From: Tolypothrix carrinoi HA7290-LM1
GTDB lineage: Bacteria; Cyanobacteriota; Cyanobacteriia; Cyanobacteriales; Nostocaceae
NCBI GenBank assembly: GCA_019358935.1
Contig: JAHHIK010000108.1
Span: 1 to 27,780, forward strand
Length of the DNA stretch: 27,780 nt
Reading direction: 5' to 3'
In this document: in pieces, positions 17,867-27,103 of the stretch
Position numbering within the stretch: the first letter of the stretch is position 1
Layout: each line of letters begins with the position of its first letter
Translations under genes and position numbers: made by a program
Notes under the pieces: model-generated
Database searches by the model: none
The model's input: the letters and a program-made list of their open reading frames with translations, nothing else
Told to the model about the DNA's origin: nothing

Positions 17867-18040
17867 TACCTGACCTCCCGTTGAAAATAACTTACAGTAG
17901 CTTTATAGTCTTACACATAGTAATTGCGGCAGCTACCACCCAAATTCTAGTCTGTTAAACAAGATTTGGTTTCTCAATGTTAAAGTTTCGCAACTTAAAC
18001 CTAAATAAAATATACAAACTATATCTGTATTTATATTGAT
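17831..18040. repeat. 210-bp direct repeat, copy 1 (gabD 5' end + upstream region)
   Basis: Aligns without gaps to 19731-19940; 8 mismatches counted by eye. Confidence 0.95.
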
Positions 18041-18115
18041 TTTTTGTGGGAGGATGTCACTTCTCCATCGCCCCCAAGCTTTCAACGATGCTATATGAGA
18101 TTGAGAAATCGTGCA

Positions 18116-18173
18116 CAGGACTTACGCAAGATTGGCAAAAGTAATAGTTCTGGTTAATTTTGTGTGAGTCTTG
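18116..18173. mobile_element. Small degenerate MITE with CAGGACTTACGCA-type termini
   Basis: CAGGACTTACGCAA (18116-29) ... TTGTGTGAGTCTTG (18160-73) form an inverted pair with 3 mismatches. Confidence 0.55.
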
Positions 18174-18176
18174 ATT

Positions 18177-18752
18177 TCAATTTCTCAGGTTGGCATCAAT
18201 GAGAACTGAAAGTGCAGTTTGAGCAAAAGTGGCGCCATCAGGTGATTGTTCAATGGTTGCCATTAAACTTGCGCCGCCAATGAGAAGCAAATACTGCTGC
18301 GAAAAAAAGTCTGGATTTTTAATACCCGCTTCTGCTGCTAATCGCATGATAATTTGGCGAATCGATTCCCGTAGATTGATTGAAACCTGATGCGCTTTAT
18401 GGGAAGCATCAGCAATTTCCAAAACCGCGTTGATGAACGGGCAACCTCGAAAGTTCGGACTGGCGTACCATTCCCGCAGCACATCAAAGGTCGCTAATAA
18501 CCGTTCTTTAGGCGTATTGCCCCGCTCTGATACTGCTGTCTCAAACCAGCATATCCACTGAGATGCCCGATACTTCATCACTTCTTCAATTAACAGGTCT
18601 TTCGACGGAAACCATCGGTACAGCGTTCGTTTGGCAACGCCTGATTCTGCGATAACTTCATTGATGCCCACATGCTGAATGCCCTTCTGGTAGAACAGTT
18701 CAGATGCGGTTTCCAGGATTTGCTGTCGAGCGTGACTAAATTCAGCGGTCAT
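18177..18752 (-). CDS. TetR/AcrR-family transcriptional regulator
   Basis: ARQQILETASELFYQKG...GVAKRTLYRWFPSKD HTH and FRGCPFIN. ATG 18752 is preferred because the longer ORF overlaps the operator palindromes. Confidence 0.92.
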   Translation of the reverse strand: MTAEFSHARQQILETASELFYQKGIQHVGINEVIAESGVAKRTLYRWFPSKDLLIEEVMKYRASQWICWFETAVSERGNTPKERLLATFDVLREWYASPNFRGCPFINAVLEIADASHKAHQVSINLRESIRQIIMRLAAEAGIKNPDFFSQQYLLLIGGASLMATIEQSPDGATFAQTALSVLIDANLRN

Positions 18753-18762
18753 AATCAGATGA

Positions 18763-18828
18763 GTAGACAAACTTGTCTCCTTTGCCATACAATAACATCT
18801 CAACTAGGTAGACAAGCTTGTCTACCTA
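18763..18828. promoter_or_regulatory. Two TetR-type operator palindromes in a divergent promoter
   Basis: Perfect 24-bp TAGGTAGACAAGCTTGTCTACCTA (18805-28) and imperfect GTAGACAAACTTGTCTCC (18763-80). Confidence 0.8.
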
Positions 18829-18853
18829 CACACCAATTCAAAGGCAATTACCA

Positions 18854-19414
18854 GTGGATTTTCCCATTTACACAATCGACACTGCCCCGGAAGCATCCAA
18901 AACAGCCTTAGTTCATGCAAAGGAAACGTTTGGGTTTATTCCGAATTTAGAAGGGATTTTTGCCCAAGCCCCTGCATTGCTCAAAGGTTCGATGGCGCTG
19001 TGGGATTTATTTGAAGCTACCAGTTTCAGTCCTGTCGAACAGCAAGTGATTTACCTGACGGCAAATTATGAACACGAGTGTCACTACTGCATGGCAGCCC
19101 ATTCTGGTCTAGCAAAAATGATTGGCATGTCTGCTAATGATATTCAAGCGCTCCGCAACGGCACAGCCTTGAGCGATCCGAAATTACAAGCTTTGCGTCA
19201 TTTTACCCAACGCATGATTCAGATGCGGGGTTCAGTTGACGATAAAGAGATTGAGGAATTTTTAGCGGCAGGTTATACCCAACAGCAAGTGCTGGAAGTA
19301 ATTCTTGGAATTGCAATCAAGATCGTGCACAATTATACAAATCACATTGCTAAAACACCCCTCGACAGACCGTTTCAACCCTACGTTTGGTCAAAGCCTG
19401 CGGTAACAGCGTAA
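18854..19414 (+). CDS. Carboxymuconolactone decarboxylase/AhpD-like protein
   Basis: TIDTAPEASK..FGFIPNL, ECHYCMAAH (CxxC), NYTNH. The GTG start at 18854 follows AAAGG. Confidence 0.88.
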   Translation: MDFPIYTIDTAPEASKTALVHAKETFGFIPNLEGIFAQAPALLKGSMALWDLFEATSFSPVEQQVIYLTANYEHECHYCMAAHSGLAKMIGMSANDIQALRNGTALSDPKLQALRHFTQRMIQMRGSVDDKEIEEFLAAGYTQQQVLEVILGIAIKIVHNYTNHIAKTPLDRPFQPYVWSKPAVTA

Positions 19415-19522
19415 ATCACTTTTTAGCAAACTGGAGAGACAATCGCGTTGCGGTCATAGTATGCAATTGTCTCTCAACTGCGTATTTATTTTCAGAGCAT
19501 AATTCAGCAATAATGTCTAACC

Positions 19523-19713
19523 CAACGGGAGAGGCAACAGCGAGTGGTCCGCCACTGCGGTGGTGAAGCAGCGCGGTCAAGGTCCTGCAGTGCGTTGGGC
19601 GGGGATGCCGACTTAAAGCACCTGCCGTGGTTTCCCCCATGAGCGACTGCACCAAAGGGTTCCACAGGCTACAGCAAGTGGCGTGGTAACGAACATGACC
19701 GCGCTACCTCACC
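19523..19713. repeat. Four-level nested array of small dispersed repeats
   Basis: GC-rich block made of split copies of the type A and type B repeats also seen at 927-1016. Confidence 0.7.
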
Positions 19714-19730
19714 ACGCTCCTCCTAACAAC

Positions 19731-19940
19731 TTCCCATGTAGCGGGATTAATGGTGGCGATCGCCATTACCTGACCTCCCGTTTAAAATAACTTACAGTAG
19801 CTTTATAGTCTTACACATAGTAATTGCGGCAGCTACCACCCAAATTCTAGTCTCTTAAACAAGATTTGGTTTCTTAATGTTAAAGTTTCGCAACTTAAAC
19901 CTAAACAAAAGATACAAACTGCATCTGTATTTATATTGAT
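19731..19940. repeat. 210-bp direct repeat, copy 2 (orphan gabD start MAIATINPAT + RBS + upstream region)
   Basis: Offset exactly 1900 bp from copy 1. The frame from ATG 19766 (minus strand) stops after 20 codons. Confidence 0.95.
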
Positions 19941-19998
19941 GGGATGTATATTGCTTGGGCTGATAGCACCATCTTGGCAACACCTGCTATCTAGTTTG

Positions 19999-21138
19999 TT
20001 AAACCCTGTAAGCTTGAAGGGCATTAACTTTGTTCTTCAAGACTGGTGTAGGTAGCAACTTCATGAATATTTCCCGTAATGCCACAGCAGCAGGATTTTC
20101 CCATTGAGCAAGTTTCGCTGCTTGTAAAGACTCTTCAACAATCATTTTGGTGCGAGCAAACCTCTGTGATTCGTACTGTTCAAAAGCGGCTTTCGTGTCA
20201 GATGCAAGCAAACATTTGGTAACAACAATCGCATCTTCAAGTGCCATGCACGCACCCTGTCCCAAGGTTGGCAGTGTTGGATGTGCAGCATCACCCAGCA
20301 AGGTGATATTTTGCTGACTCCAAGGTTGAGTAGGCACGCGGTCATAAAGATCGTTCCTGAGGATGTTTGCTTCATCTGTAGCTGCAATCAATTCAGGAAT
20401 AGGCTGACACCAATCTTGAAACATCAACTGAAGCTCTTTTTTGCGTCCGATCGCTGCGTCAGGTTGTCCCTCGGTTGCTTTGGCTGCTACATACCAGTAC
20501 ATACGTTTTTTGCCAATCGTCACAAAGCCAAAGCCTCTGCCATAGCCTAAAAATTCGCGGATGCAATCATGACGGTGTGCGCTGGGGATGTAATCAGTAA
20601 GACCGCGCCACGCCGTAAAACCACGATATATCGGTTTGCCATCACCTAAAAGTTGCCATCGCACACGCGAATTAAGACCATCCGCTCCAATCAAAGCATC
20701 GCTCTCGACGATTAAGCCGGAAGCAAAATGAATGCGAACTTTGTTTCCTACTTGCTCAAATCGCTCAAATGCTTGACCGAAAACAAAGCGATCGCGTGGT
20801 AAGTTACGCCACAGTATAGCGTGCAAATCGGCACGATGGATGCATATAGCTGGAACCTCGAAATGGTCAACCGGCAAGGACATCAACTCCTCACCGCTTT
20901 GCGAGTTAAATTGATAACGTGTGATAAGTTGACTTGCAGATAATGTGTCTTGCAACACACCTAAATTTTTCAAAACATGCGTAGCGTTAGCCCAAAGAGC
21001 CACTCCAGCCCCTACTTCCCGCAATTCGGGGGTTCGCTCGTAAACGATAACATCAAATCCGGCATGGTGGAGTGCAAGCGCGGTTGCTGCACCGCCAATT
21101 CCTCCGCCAACAATGACAATTTTCTTCGCTGTTTGCAT
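19999..21138 (-). CDS. FAD-dependent monooxygenase (aromatic-ring hydroxylase family)
   Basis: IVGGGIGG, IGADGLNSRVR, LLGDAAH..PTLGQGACMALED. Confidence 0.92.
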   Translation of the reverse strand: MQTAKKIVIVGGGIGGAATALALHHAGFDVIVYERTPELREVGAGVALWANATHVLKNLGVLQDTLSASQLITRYQFNSQSGEELMSLPVDHFEVPAICIHRADLHAILWRNLPRDRFVFGQAFERFEQVGNKVRIHFASGLIVESDALIGADGLNSRVRWQLLGDGKPIYRGFTAWRGLTDYIPSAHRHDCIREFLGYGRGFGFVTIGKKRMYWYVAAKATEGQPDAAIGRKKELQLMFQDWCQPIPELIAATDEANILRNDLYDRVPTQPWSQQNITLLGDAAHPTLPTLGQGACMALEDAIVVTKCLLASDTKAAFEQYESQRFARTKMIVEESLQAAKLAQWENPAAVALREIFMKLLPTPVLKNKVNALQAYRV

Positions 21139-21190
21139 CTGCTTAATTTTCTACAAGATAAGCTTTTATAAGCATTTTGCGATTTTAACC

Positions 21191-21206
21191 GACTTACTTG
21201 TCAGTC
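21191..21206. promoter_or_regulatory. Putative TetR operator upstream of the monooxygenase
   Basis: GACTTAC-TT-GTCAGTC near-palindrome, matching the site at 21337-52. Confidence 0.65.
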
Positions 21207-21306
21207 TATTAAAACATATTGTGCATGACAATGTAGATAAAGATTTTTAAAGTCTATTAACCCAATACCTTCTCTCTCCGTGTCAGCGATGCACTGACTC
21301 TTAAAC

Positions 21307-21352
21307 TTGACAGCAAGCGTTTCCAGAATCTAAGCTGACTGACAAGTCTGTT
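21307..21352 (+). promoter_or_regulatory. Putative sigma70-type promoter and operator of tetR
   Basis: TTGACA (21307-12), 18 bp, TAAGCT (21331-36), immediately followed by GACTGAC-AA-GTCTGTT. Confidence 0.6.
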
Positions 21353-21367
21353 GAGGATTGTAATTGC

Positions 21368-22018
21368 GTGGCACGTATTGTCAAAACAAGTCGATCGTAT
21401 GGTACTAAGCTTCGTGATGCTTCAGCAACCCAAGCTATTATTTTAGAGGCAGCTGAAGAAGAGTTTGCCAAGCATGGTTTAGTAGCAGCTCGAACAGAAG
21501 CGATCGCTGCAAAGACAGGGGTTGCCAAGTCAATGATTTACTACTACTTCAAAGATAAAGAGGGTTTGTATCGAGCTGTTTTAGAGCGATCGCACTCAGA
21601 ACTGATCCAAACGAATCAACAATTAGACTTGGATCAACTTTCACCCGAAACAGCATTAAAGCAGTTCCTCACTGCATTGCTCGATTGTGTATCACGCAAC
21701 CCCAAACTACCGCTGATAATGCTTCATGAAGCCGTGCAGAATCAGGGACGGTACTATAAAAATTCTAGCTCTTTAACCATTGATACCACCCTCATGGCAA
21801 TTTTAGAGCGAGGTGTCGCTACTGGAGTATTTCGCGCTCTCGATCCATTTCAAGCAGCAATCAATATTATGGGAAGTTGCTTGTTCTACTACATTGGTCA
21901 TGAAAATATTAAGCATCATGCACAAAGCAAACGTCTACTGAGCAAAGCAATGCTCGAACAACATACTCAGGAAGTGATTTCATTTACCTTAGCTGGTGTA
22001 CAATCCCAAAAGCAATAA
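21368..22018 (+). CDS. TetR/AcrR-family transcriptional regulator
   Basis: ILEAAEEEFAKHG..EAIAAKTGVAKSMIYYYFKDKEGLY HTH; GAGGA RBS upstream. Confidence 0.92.
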   Translation: MARIVKTSRSYGTKLRDASATQAIILEAAEEEFAKHGLVAARTEAIAAKTGVAKSMIYYYFKDKEGLYRAVLERSHSELIQTNQQLDLDQLSPETALKQFLTALLDCVSRNPKLPLIMLHEAVQNQGRYYKNSSSLTIDTTLMAILERGVATGVFRALDPFQAAINIMGSCLFYYIGHENIKHHAQSKRLLSKAMLEQHTQEVISFTLAGVQSQKQ

Positions 22019-22059
22019 CTCAAAGCGAATTGTTAGTTGTTATAAGTTAGAAGTTAGTA

Positions 22060-22187
22060 GGAGCGTTGGAGCGTTGGAGCGTTGGAGCGTTGCTGGTTGC
22101 TAATAGTCAAAATGTACCACAACCACTAACTCCTAACTCCTAACTCCTAACTCCTAACTCCTAACTCCTAACTCCTAACTCCTAACT
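22060..22187. repeat. Tandem repeats (GGAGCGTT)x4 and (CTAACTC)x~9 between convergent genes
   Basis: Visible directly in the sequence. Confidence 0.9.
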
Positions 22188-22188
22188 T

Positions 22189-23814
22189 TTAACAACTTCC
22201 CAAATGATGCATTTTCGTCTGATAAACTTTGACTAACCGATTAATCCCTTTAAAACGATAATGTCCCATCTCTTGAAAATCACACGATTGCGAAAGCATT
22301 TTATAAGTAACTTCACTGATGACACATTCACTAGGAGGGCAAACTGCTTCCATCCGCGCCGCCAGATTAATAGTTGCGCCTAAAGCAGTATAATCAACTC
22401 TTTGGGAACTGCCGACATCGCCAACGACAGCCTTACCGCTGTTAATCGCAACACGTAATTGTAGCGATTCTTGCCAAAAACCATTCGCGTTAAGCTGTTC
22501 GAGACGAGTTAACATACCCTTGGCAGCAGCGACGGCTCTATCTGCATGATCTGATTGCGGTTCTGGTGCGCCAAAAAATGCCATAATACAATCGCCAATA
22601 TATTTATCTAAAGTGCCGCCCCAGCCAAACACTTCTTGTAACATTTCTTCAAATAAATTATTTAGTAATTGAGCAACTTCTGTTGGTGTAACTCGTTCGG
22701 AAATTGCTGTAAAGCCGACTAAATCCGCAAATAAAATGCTGATTTCAGTTTCTACGGGTGCTAAACGACCATTAGGCAATCCTCCCACAGATATCAACTG
22801 TTGCACAACTGCGGGAGAATGATAACGTTCTAATCTTTGGCGAATCACTTCTTCAGTTTTGAGTTTTTCTACTAACAACCAACGTTGGACGCTAGAAGCG
22901 ACAAGATTTGCTAAAGCTGAAAAAAAGCTCAATTCTTCTTCGCCTTCATTTCCCCAATGATAAGAAGAAAGGGTAGCATCGGCATAGAGAACGCCGACAA
23001 CTTTATTTTCATCCCATAAAGGTACAGCCATTGCGCTGCGAATACCTTTGACTAAAATGCTGTGTTCTCCAGCAAATCGTTCATCTTTTTGAGCGTCAGC
23101 AGTTTGAATCGCGACTTTTTCTGCAAATACCTTTTGGCAGATACTACGACTAATCCAACTGCCATCGGCTGCTAAATTTCGTTGTTGGGAAGCTTTTCTA
23201 GTAGCAGAATTCATTAACTCTAGTTTACCGCTTCCATGCACATCAATTAACAATGCCAAGCGATCGATACTGTCGAGGTAACGAAAAATAACTTGCTGCA
23301 CCTGTGAGAAAATTTCTTCAATAGATGCGGCTGCACACAGATTCTTGGCTATATCTACCAAGTCTTTGAGTCGGGCAATGGTTTTGTCTTTATTAGTTGT
23401 CTCGCCGTCCTGACCGTTGGGTTGTATCCATTTTTCTTGCAATTGTTGGACATTGCGAAGAATTGTTCTTTGTTCAGCAACTTCCTGTTGCCTGGGGCTG
23501 AGTGGCGGTTCAGTATAATCTGCATACAGCACTAGTAAACTAACATCGCCTAACCATACAATATCGCCGTGCTGCAACTTTTGAGGAGAGGTAACAAGAC
23601 GTTCATTTAATTGCGTGCCGTTTTTGCTGCCCAAGTCTTCAATAGTCCACAAATCGGCGGCAATTTTCACTAAGCGAGCATGGCAACGAGAAACTCCCCC
23701 AAAAGGTAAGTAAAAGTCACATTCGGGCAAACGTCCGATGGTGAATACATCTTGATTCACCGTCACCGTTGTGTCGTTATCTCCCTCTTGTAGGCGTAGT
23801 TTGAGTTCAGTCAT
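22189..23814 (-). CDS. cyaD: FHA-GAF-class III adenylate cyclase (CyaD type)
   Basis: FHA motifs IGR..VSR.H..DLGSKNGT; GAF motif RSAMAVPL; cyclase motifs LFADLVGFT, DKYIGDCIMA and DYTALGATINLAARME (ATP-specifying K and D). Confidence 0.88.
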   Translation of the reverse strand: MTELKLRLQEGDNDTTVTVNQDVFTIGRLPECDFYLPFGGVSRCHARLVKIAADLWTIEDLGSKNGTQLNERLVTSPQKLQHGDIVWLGDVSLLVLYADYTEPPLSPRQQEVAEQRTILRNVQQLQEKWIQPNGQDGETTNKDKTIARLKDLVDIAKNLCAAASIEEIFSQVQQVIFRYLDSIDRLALLIDVHGSGKLELMNSATRKASQQRNLAADGSWISRSICQKVFAEKVAIQTADAQKDERFAGEHSILVKGIRSAMAVPLWDENKVVGVLYADATLSSYHWGNEGEEELSFFSALANLVASSVQRWLLVEKLKTEEVIRQRLERYHSPAVVQQLISVGGLPNGRLAPVETEISILFADLVGFTAISERVTPTEVAQLLNNLFEEMLQEVFGWGGTLDKYIGDCIMAFFGAPEPQSDHADRAVAAAKGMLTRLEQLNANGFWQESLQLRVAINSGKAVVGDVGSSQRVDYTALGATINLAARMEAVCPPSECVISEVTYKMLSQSCDFQEMGHYRFKGINRLVKVYQTKMHHLGSC

Positions 23815-24021
23815 GACAATGATAGATTAATCCACTCCCAGCTGGGGTGCTAGCAACCAATACGGTAAAGGATACGCCAAGGGTTAGCCCTTCACTATTT
23901 CTTTATGACACTGTTAAGGGCTTTCGACAACTATATGTAGTAAATGTGACAGCAATATGTAGTAGGCGTGGATAGCGCCTATTTGACAGCATTGAAATGC
24001 TGACTACGAAAGAAAAATTAT

Positions 24022-24903
24022 TTAATTTGGTGGTAATTCTAAGGGAATTGTACCAAGAAATCCTTTGCGAAAATCGGTTAAAAGTTGTCTTGCGGTACGC
24101 TCGACATCTCCTTTGAAGCGATGTTCTGCTAAAGCGTGTAAATATGCTTCTCCGGTGTCGGTTGTGGGGTCGAGGTCGTAACGAGTCTCTAAGGGTTTTT
24201 TCGGTAATACATTAGTCGCTACGGCTTCTAAGTACATGATTAAATCTGCGAGTGCTGATGCTACTAGTTGATTATCATAAGATGCTTCGCCAATATCGTC
24301 ACAAATCGCTAACTTTAATGCTGCTTCTTGGTCTTCTAATTTGACGGGGATGACACCTGGAGCATCGAGCAATTCTAATTGCTCAGAAATTCGCACCCAG
24401 CGCAAGGAACGAGTTACACCAGGACGAGCTGCACTTTCGACTACTCGCTTTCCCAGCAAGCGGTTAATCAAAGCTGATTTACCGACGTTGGGAAAACCAA
24501 TGACTACAGCGCGAACGGGACGGGGTAACATTCCACGATCGCTTCTTCTTTTATTTATCTCTACTCCCGCTGCTTGTGCTGCTTTTGATACCGCACTCAC
24601 ACCTTGACCTTGTTGGGCATTGGTAAAATAAGGCACTTCGCCTTGACGCTTAAACCAATCTGTCCAAAGCGATCGCGCTATTGGTGTAATCATATCTACT
24701 CGGTTTAGCACCAACACCCGCTCTTTACTCCCCACCCACTCAGTCATTTGCGGGTGATTTGTCGCTAAAGGTATGCGTGCATCTCTTACTTCCAGCACCA
24801 CATCTACACGCTTAAGCTGTTCTTTAAGCTTCTTTTCAGCTTTGGCAATGTGACCGGGATACCATTGAATCAGGTTTAATTTATAGTTTTGAGTTATTGA
24901 CAT
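24022..24903 (-). CDS. ylqF: Ribosome biogenesis GTPase YlqF/RbgA
   Basis: IQWYPGHIAKA, DARIP, GFPNVGKSALIN, PGVT, LLDAPG. Confidence 0.95.
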   Translation of the reverse strand: MSITQNYKLNLIQWYPGHIAKAEKKLKEQLKRVDVVLEVRDARIPLATNHPQMTEWVGSKERVLVLNRVDMITPIARSLWTDWFKRQGEVPYFTNAQQGQGVSAVSKAAQAAGVEINKRRSDRGMLPRPVRAVVIGFPNVGKSALINRLLGKRVVESAARPGVTRSLRWVRISEQLELLDAPGVIPVKLEDQEAALKLAICDDIGEASYDNQLVASALADLIMYLEAVATNVLPKKPLETRYDLDPTTDTGEAYLHALAEHRFKGDVERTARQLLTDFRKGFLGTIPLELPPN

Positions 24904-24904
24904 T

Positions 24905-25100
24905 TGGTTGTTGGTTGTTTGTTAGTTGTTGGTTGTTGTTTGTTAGTTGTTAGTTGTTGTTTGTTAGTTGTTGGTTGTTGTTTGTTAGTTGTTGGTTGTT
25001 AGTTGTTAGTTGTTGGTTGTTAATTATTTTATGAACTATTATCCACTATCAACTATCAACTATCAACTATCAACTATCCACTATCCACTATCCACTATCC
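24905..25100. repeat. STRR arrays (TTGTTAG/TTGTTGG/TTGTTTG and ACTATCA/ACTATCC)
   Basis: Long degenerate heptamer arrays; the last units overlap the VOC gene stop. Confidence 0.9.
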
Positions 25101-25471
25101 ATTTGAGATTGATGCAAAATTATTCTATTACCATCAGGATCGTAAGCGTAAATTTCTCTACCGTGAGAAGCGGTTGTGATTTCTCCTGGTGGGGGATAAC
25201 CTAAAGCAGTAAGGTGAGCGATCGCATCTTCCAAATTACTCACCTCTAAACACAAACTCATCTTACTTTTAACTGAATTAATAAATTCAGATTCATTAGT
25301 CTTTTTTGGTTTGAAAATACCTAATTTTACACCTGATAATTGAAACTCAGCATAAATATTTGGAATCAGTTTTACTGGTTCTTTTCTCAAAAATTTAGTA
25401 TAAAATTTTACTAAAATATCCAGATTAATCGTGGCTATGGTGACGAAAGCATCAGTATATTGGAAAACCAT
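25088..25471 (-). CDS. VOC/glyoxalase-bleomycin resistance family protein
   Basis: SLCLEVSNLE..SHGREIYAYDPDGNRIILH. Confidence 0.85.
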   Translation of the reverse strand: MVFQYTDAFVTIATINLDILVKFYTKFLRKEPVKLIPNIYAEFQLSGVKLGIFKPKKTNESEFINSVKSKMSLCLEVSNLEDAIAHLTALGYPPPGEITTASHGREIYAYDPDGNRIILHQSQMDSG

Positions 25472-25674
25472 ATTTATTAATAATAGCTACTCCCTTCCCG
25501 TTTGAAAATTACCTATCTCCATTCTTCCTCCTCTTCCTCTGTGTACTCTGCGTTCTCTGCGGTTCGATAAAAAATTAGGTACTTTTAGACCAAGACAGAA
25601 GTAAGAAAAATTAGATAAATTAACTCGAAAAAAATATAGTTTTCCAGACGAATCATCACCATAGCACGAATAAA

Positions 25675-26223
25675 TTAGTTTACTTGACTTAAGATTTTAG
25701 CAGGTTGATGTTGAATATCTCTTTCTGGGTCGCCTAATTCGCGTAAATTTGCGGCAAACTCAAGCAATATTCCATCAGGATCGAAGAAGTAAATTGAGGA
25801 AATAAATGTAGTTTCATCAACTTCGGGGGAAAACCCAGAGGGAACATCTGCATGATGTAAAACAGGTGTTACTTGCACACCCTTGCTAACTAGTTTTTTT
25901 CGATATTCCTCAATTTTTTCGAGTGGTACTTTAAATGCCAAATGGTTCATTGAGCCATGTGCGCTGGTTAAATTGCCAGTCTGTAAGGCATCAGGTCTTG
26001 CAGAAGCAATTCCGGGTGCTGCAAGTGGAGCTTGGGGAAACCAGAAAAAAGCCAAAGCATCTCCATTACCAATATCAAAAAAGAAGTGCTGTCCACCATC
26101 TGGTAAGGCAATAGTTTTAATTAAATTCAGCCCAAGCATATTGGTATAAAAGTCAACCGTGCGTGCCAGATCTTTACATACTAACGCGATATGGTTGATT
26201 CCTTGGATTTGAAAGTCTTTCAT
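25675..26223 (-). CDS. VOC family protein (glyoxalase/dioxygenase-like)
   Basis: GINHIALVCKD, MNHLAF, SIYFFDPDGILLE metal ligands. ATG 26223 avoids overlap with fdhD. Confidence 0.88.
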   Translation of the reverse strand: MKDFQIQGINHIALVCKDLARTVDFYTNMLGLNLIKTIALPDGGQHFFFDIGNGDALAFFWFPQAPLAAPGIASARPDALQTGNLTSAHGSMNHLAFKVPLEKIEEYRKKLVSKGVQVTPVLHHADVPSGFSPEVDETTFISSIYFFDPDGILLEFAANLRELGDPERDIQHQPAKILSQVN

Positions 26224-26260
26224 ATCAATTGCCTGCTTGTGATATTTGCTTTTACTATTA

Positions 26261-27085
26261 TTACTTTTTGCTGGTAGTACATATTCGCTCCAAACCAGAG
26301 TACACGTTGAAGCGATCGCCACGCAAAAATCCAATTAAGGTAATTCCAAATTCAAGCGCCACGGATACTGCTAAACTGCTAGGAGCAGAAACTGCACAGA
26401 CAATAGGAATCCCTGCAACTGTAGATTTTTGTAAAATCTCAAAGCTAGAGCGTCCGCTCACCATGAGAATATGATTATTTAAGGGCAACTCGTCAGCCAG
26501 CAATGCCGAACCAATCAATTTATCCAAAGCATTGTGACGCCCAATATCTTCCCGCAACTTCAACAGATTTCCTTCAGCATCAAATAAAGCCGCAGCGTGC
26601 AAACTTCCAGTAGCGGTGAAAATAGCTTGAGCAGATCGCAGTTTTTCTGGTAAGCTATAAATAATCTCAGGCGTGATTGTGGGAACTGGAAGAATTACTG
26701 GGCAATCTCGCAGGCGTAAAGCTTCAAGGCTAGCCTTACCGCAAACTCCACAAGCGCTGGTAGTGTAGAAGTGTCTTTCCAAAGGCTGTAAATCTGGAAT
26801 TAATCCTTCTGTTAAAGCGACATTGACGATGTTGTAACGCTGTTCGCCATCAACACAATAGCTGATGCGTTGGATATCTTTTCTAGAAGAAATTACGCCT
26901 TCGTTGTAGAGAAAACCGGCAGCTAGTTCAAAATCGGCTCCAGGCGATCGCATTGTCACAGCAATTGTCTTTTCAGGAGAAACTAACCGAATTTCTAAAG
27001 GTTCCTCCGTAGTCAGTTGATCTAGTTTAGGACGTACTTTACCATTTTCCACTACCCAGACAGTAGCTTTAGTTTTGCTCATCAT
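26261..27085 (-). CDS. fdhD: Formate dehydrogenase accessory sulfurtransferase FdhD
   Basis: EEPLEI, MRSPG, SACGVCG, EDIGRHNALDKLIG, SGRSSFEI, SAPSSLAV. Confidence 0.93.
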   Translation of the reverse strand: MMSKTKATVWVVENGKVRPKLDQLTTEEPLEIRLVSPEKTIAVTMRSPGADFELAAGFLYNEGVISSRKDIQRISYCVDGEQRYNIVNVALTEGLIPDLQPLERHFYTTSACGVCGKASLEALRLRDCPVILPVPTITPEIIYSLPEKLRSAQAIFTATGSLHAAALFDAEGNLLKLREDIGRHNALDKLIGSALLADELPLNNHILMVSGRSSFEILQKSTVAGIPIVCAVSAPSSLAVSVALEFGITLIGFLRGDRFNVYSGLERICTTSKK

Positions 27086-27103
27086 AAAAATTATAAATTC
27101 TTT

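Noticed and set aside
17979..18000. Imperfect palindrome GTTAAAGTT-TCGC-AACTTAAAC as a dif/att recombination site
   Set aside because: The spacer is 4 bp rather than the 6-8 bp typical of tyrosine recombinase sites and it lies inside the repeat; a transcription-factor site is equally possible, so it is unsupported.
22060..22187. Tandem repeats (also 5864-5920, 8401-8438, 24905-25100) as a CRISPR array
   Set aside because: The 7-8-bp units are contiguous with no unique spacers and no cas genes; they are ordinary STRRs.
23926..23964. Two 17-bp imperfect direct repeats and an NtcA-like GTA-N8-GAC upstream of cyaD
   Set aside because: The NtcA match is non-canonical and two short repeats are too weak to assign a function.
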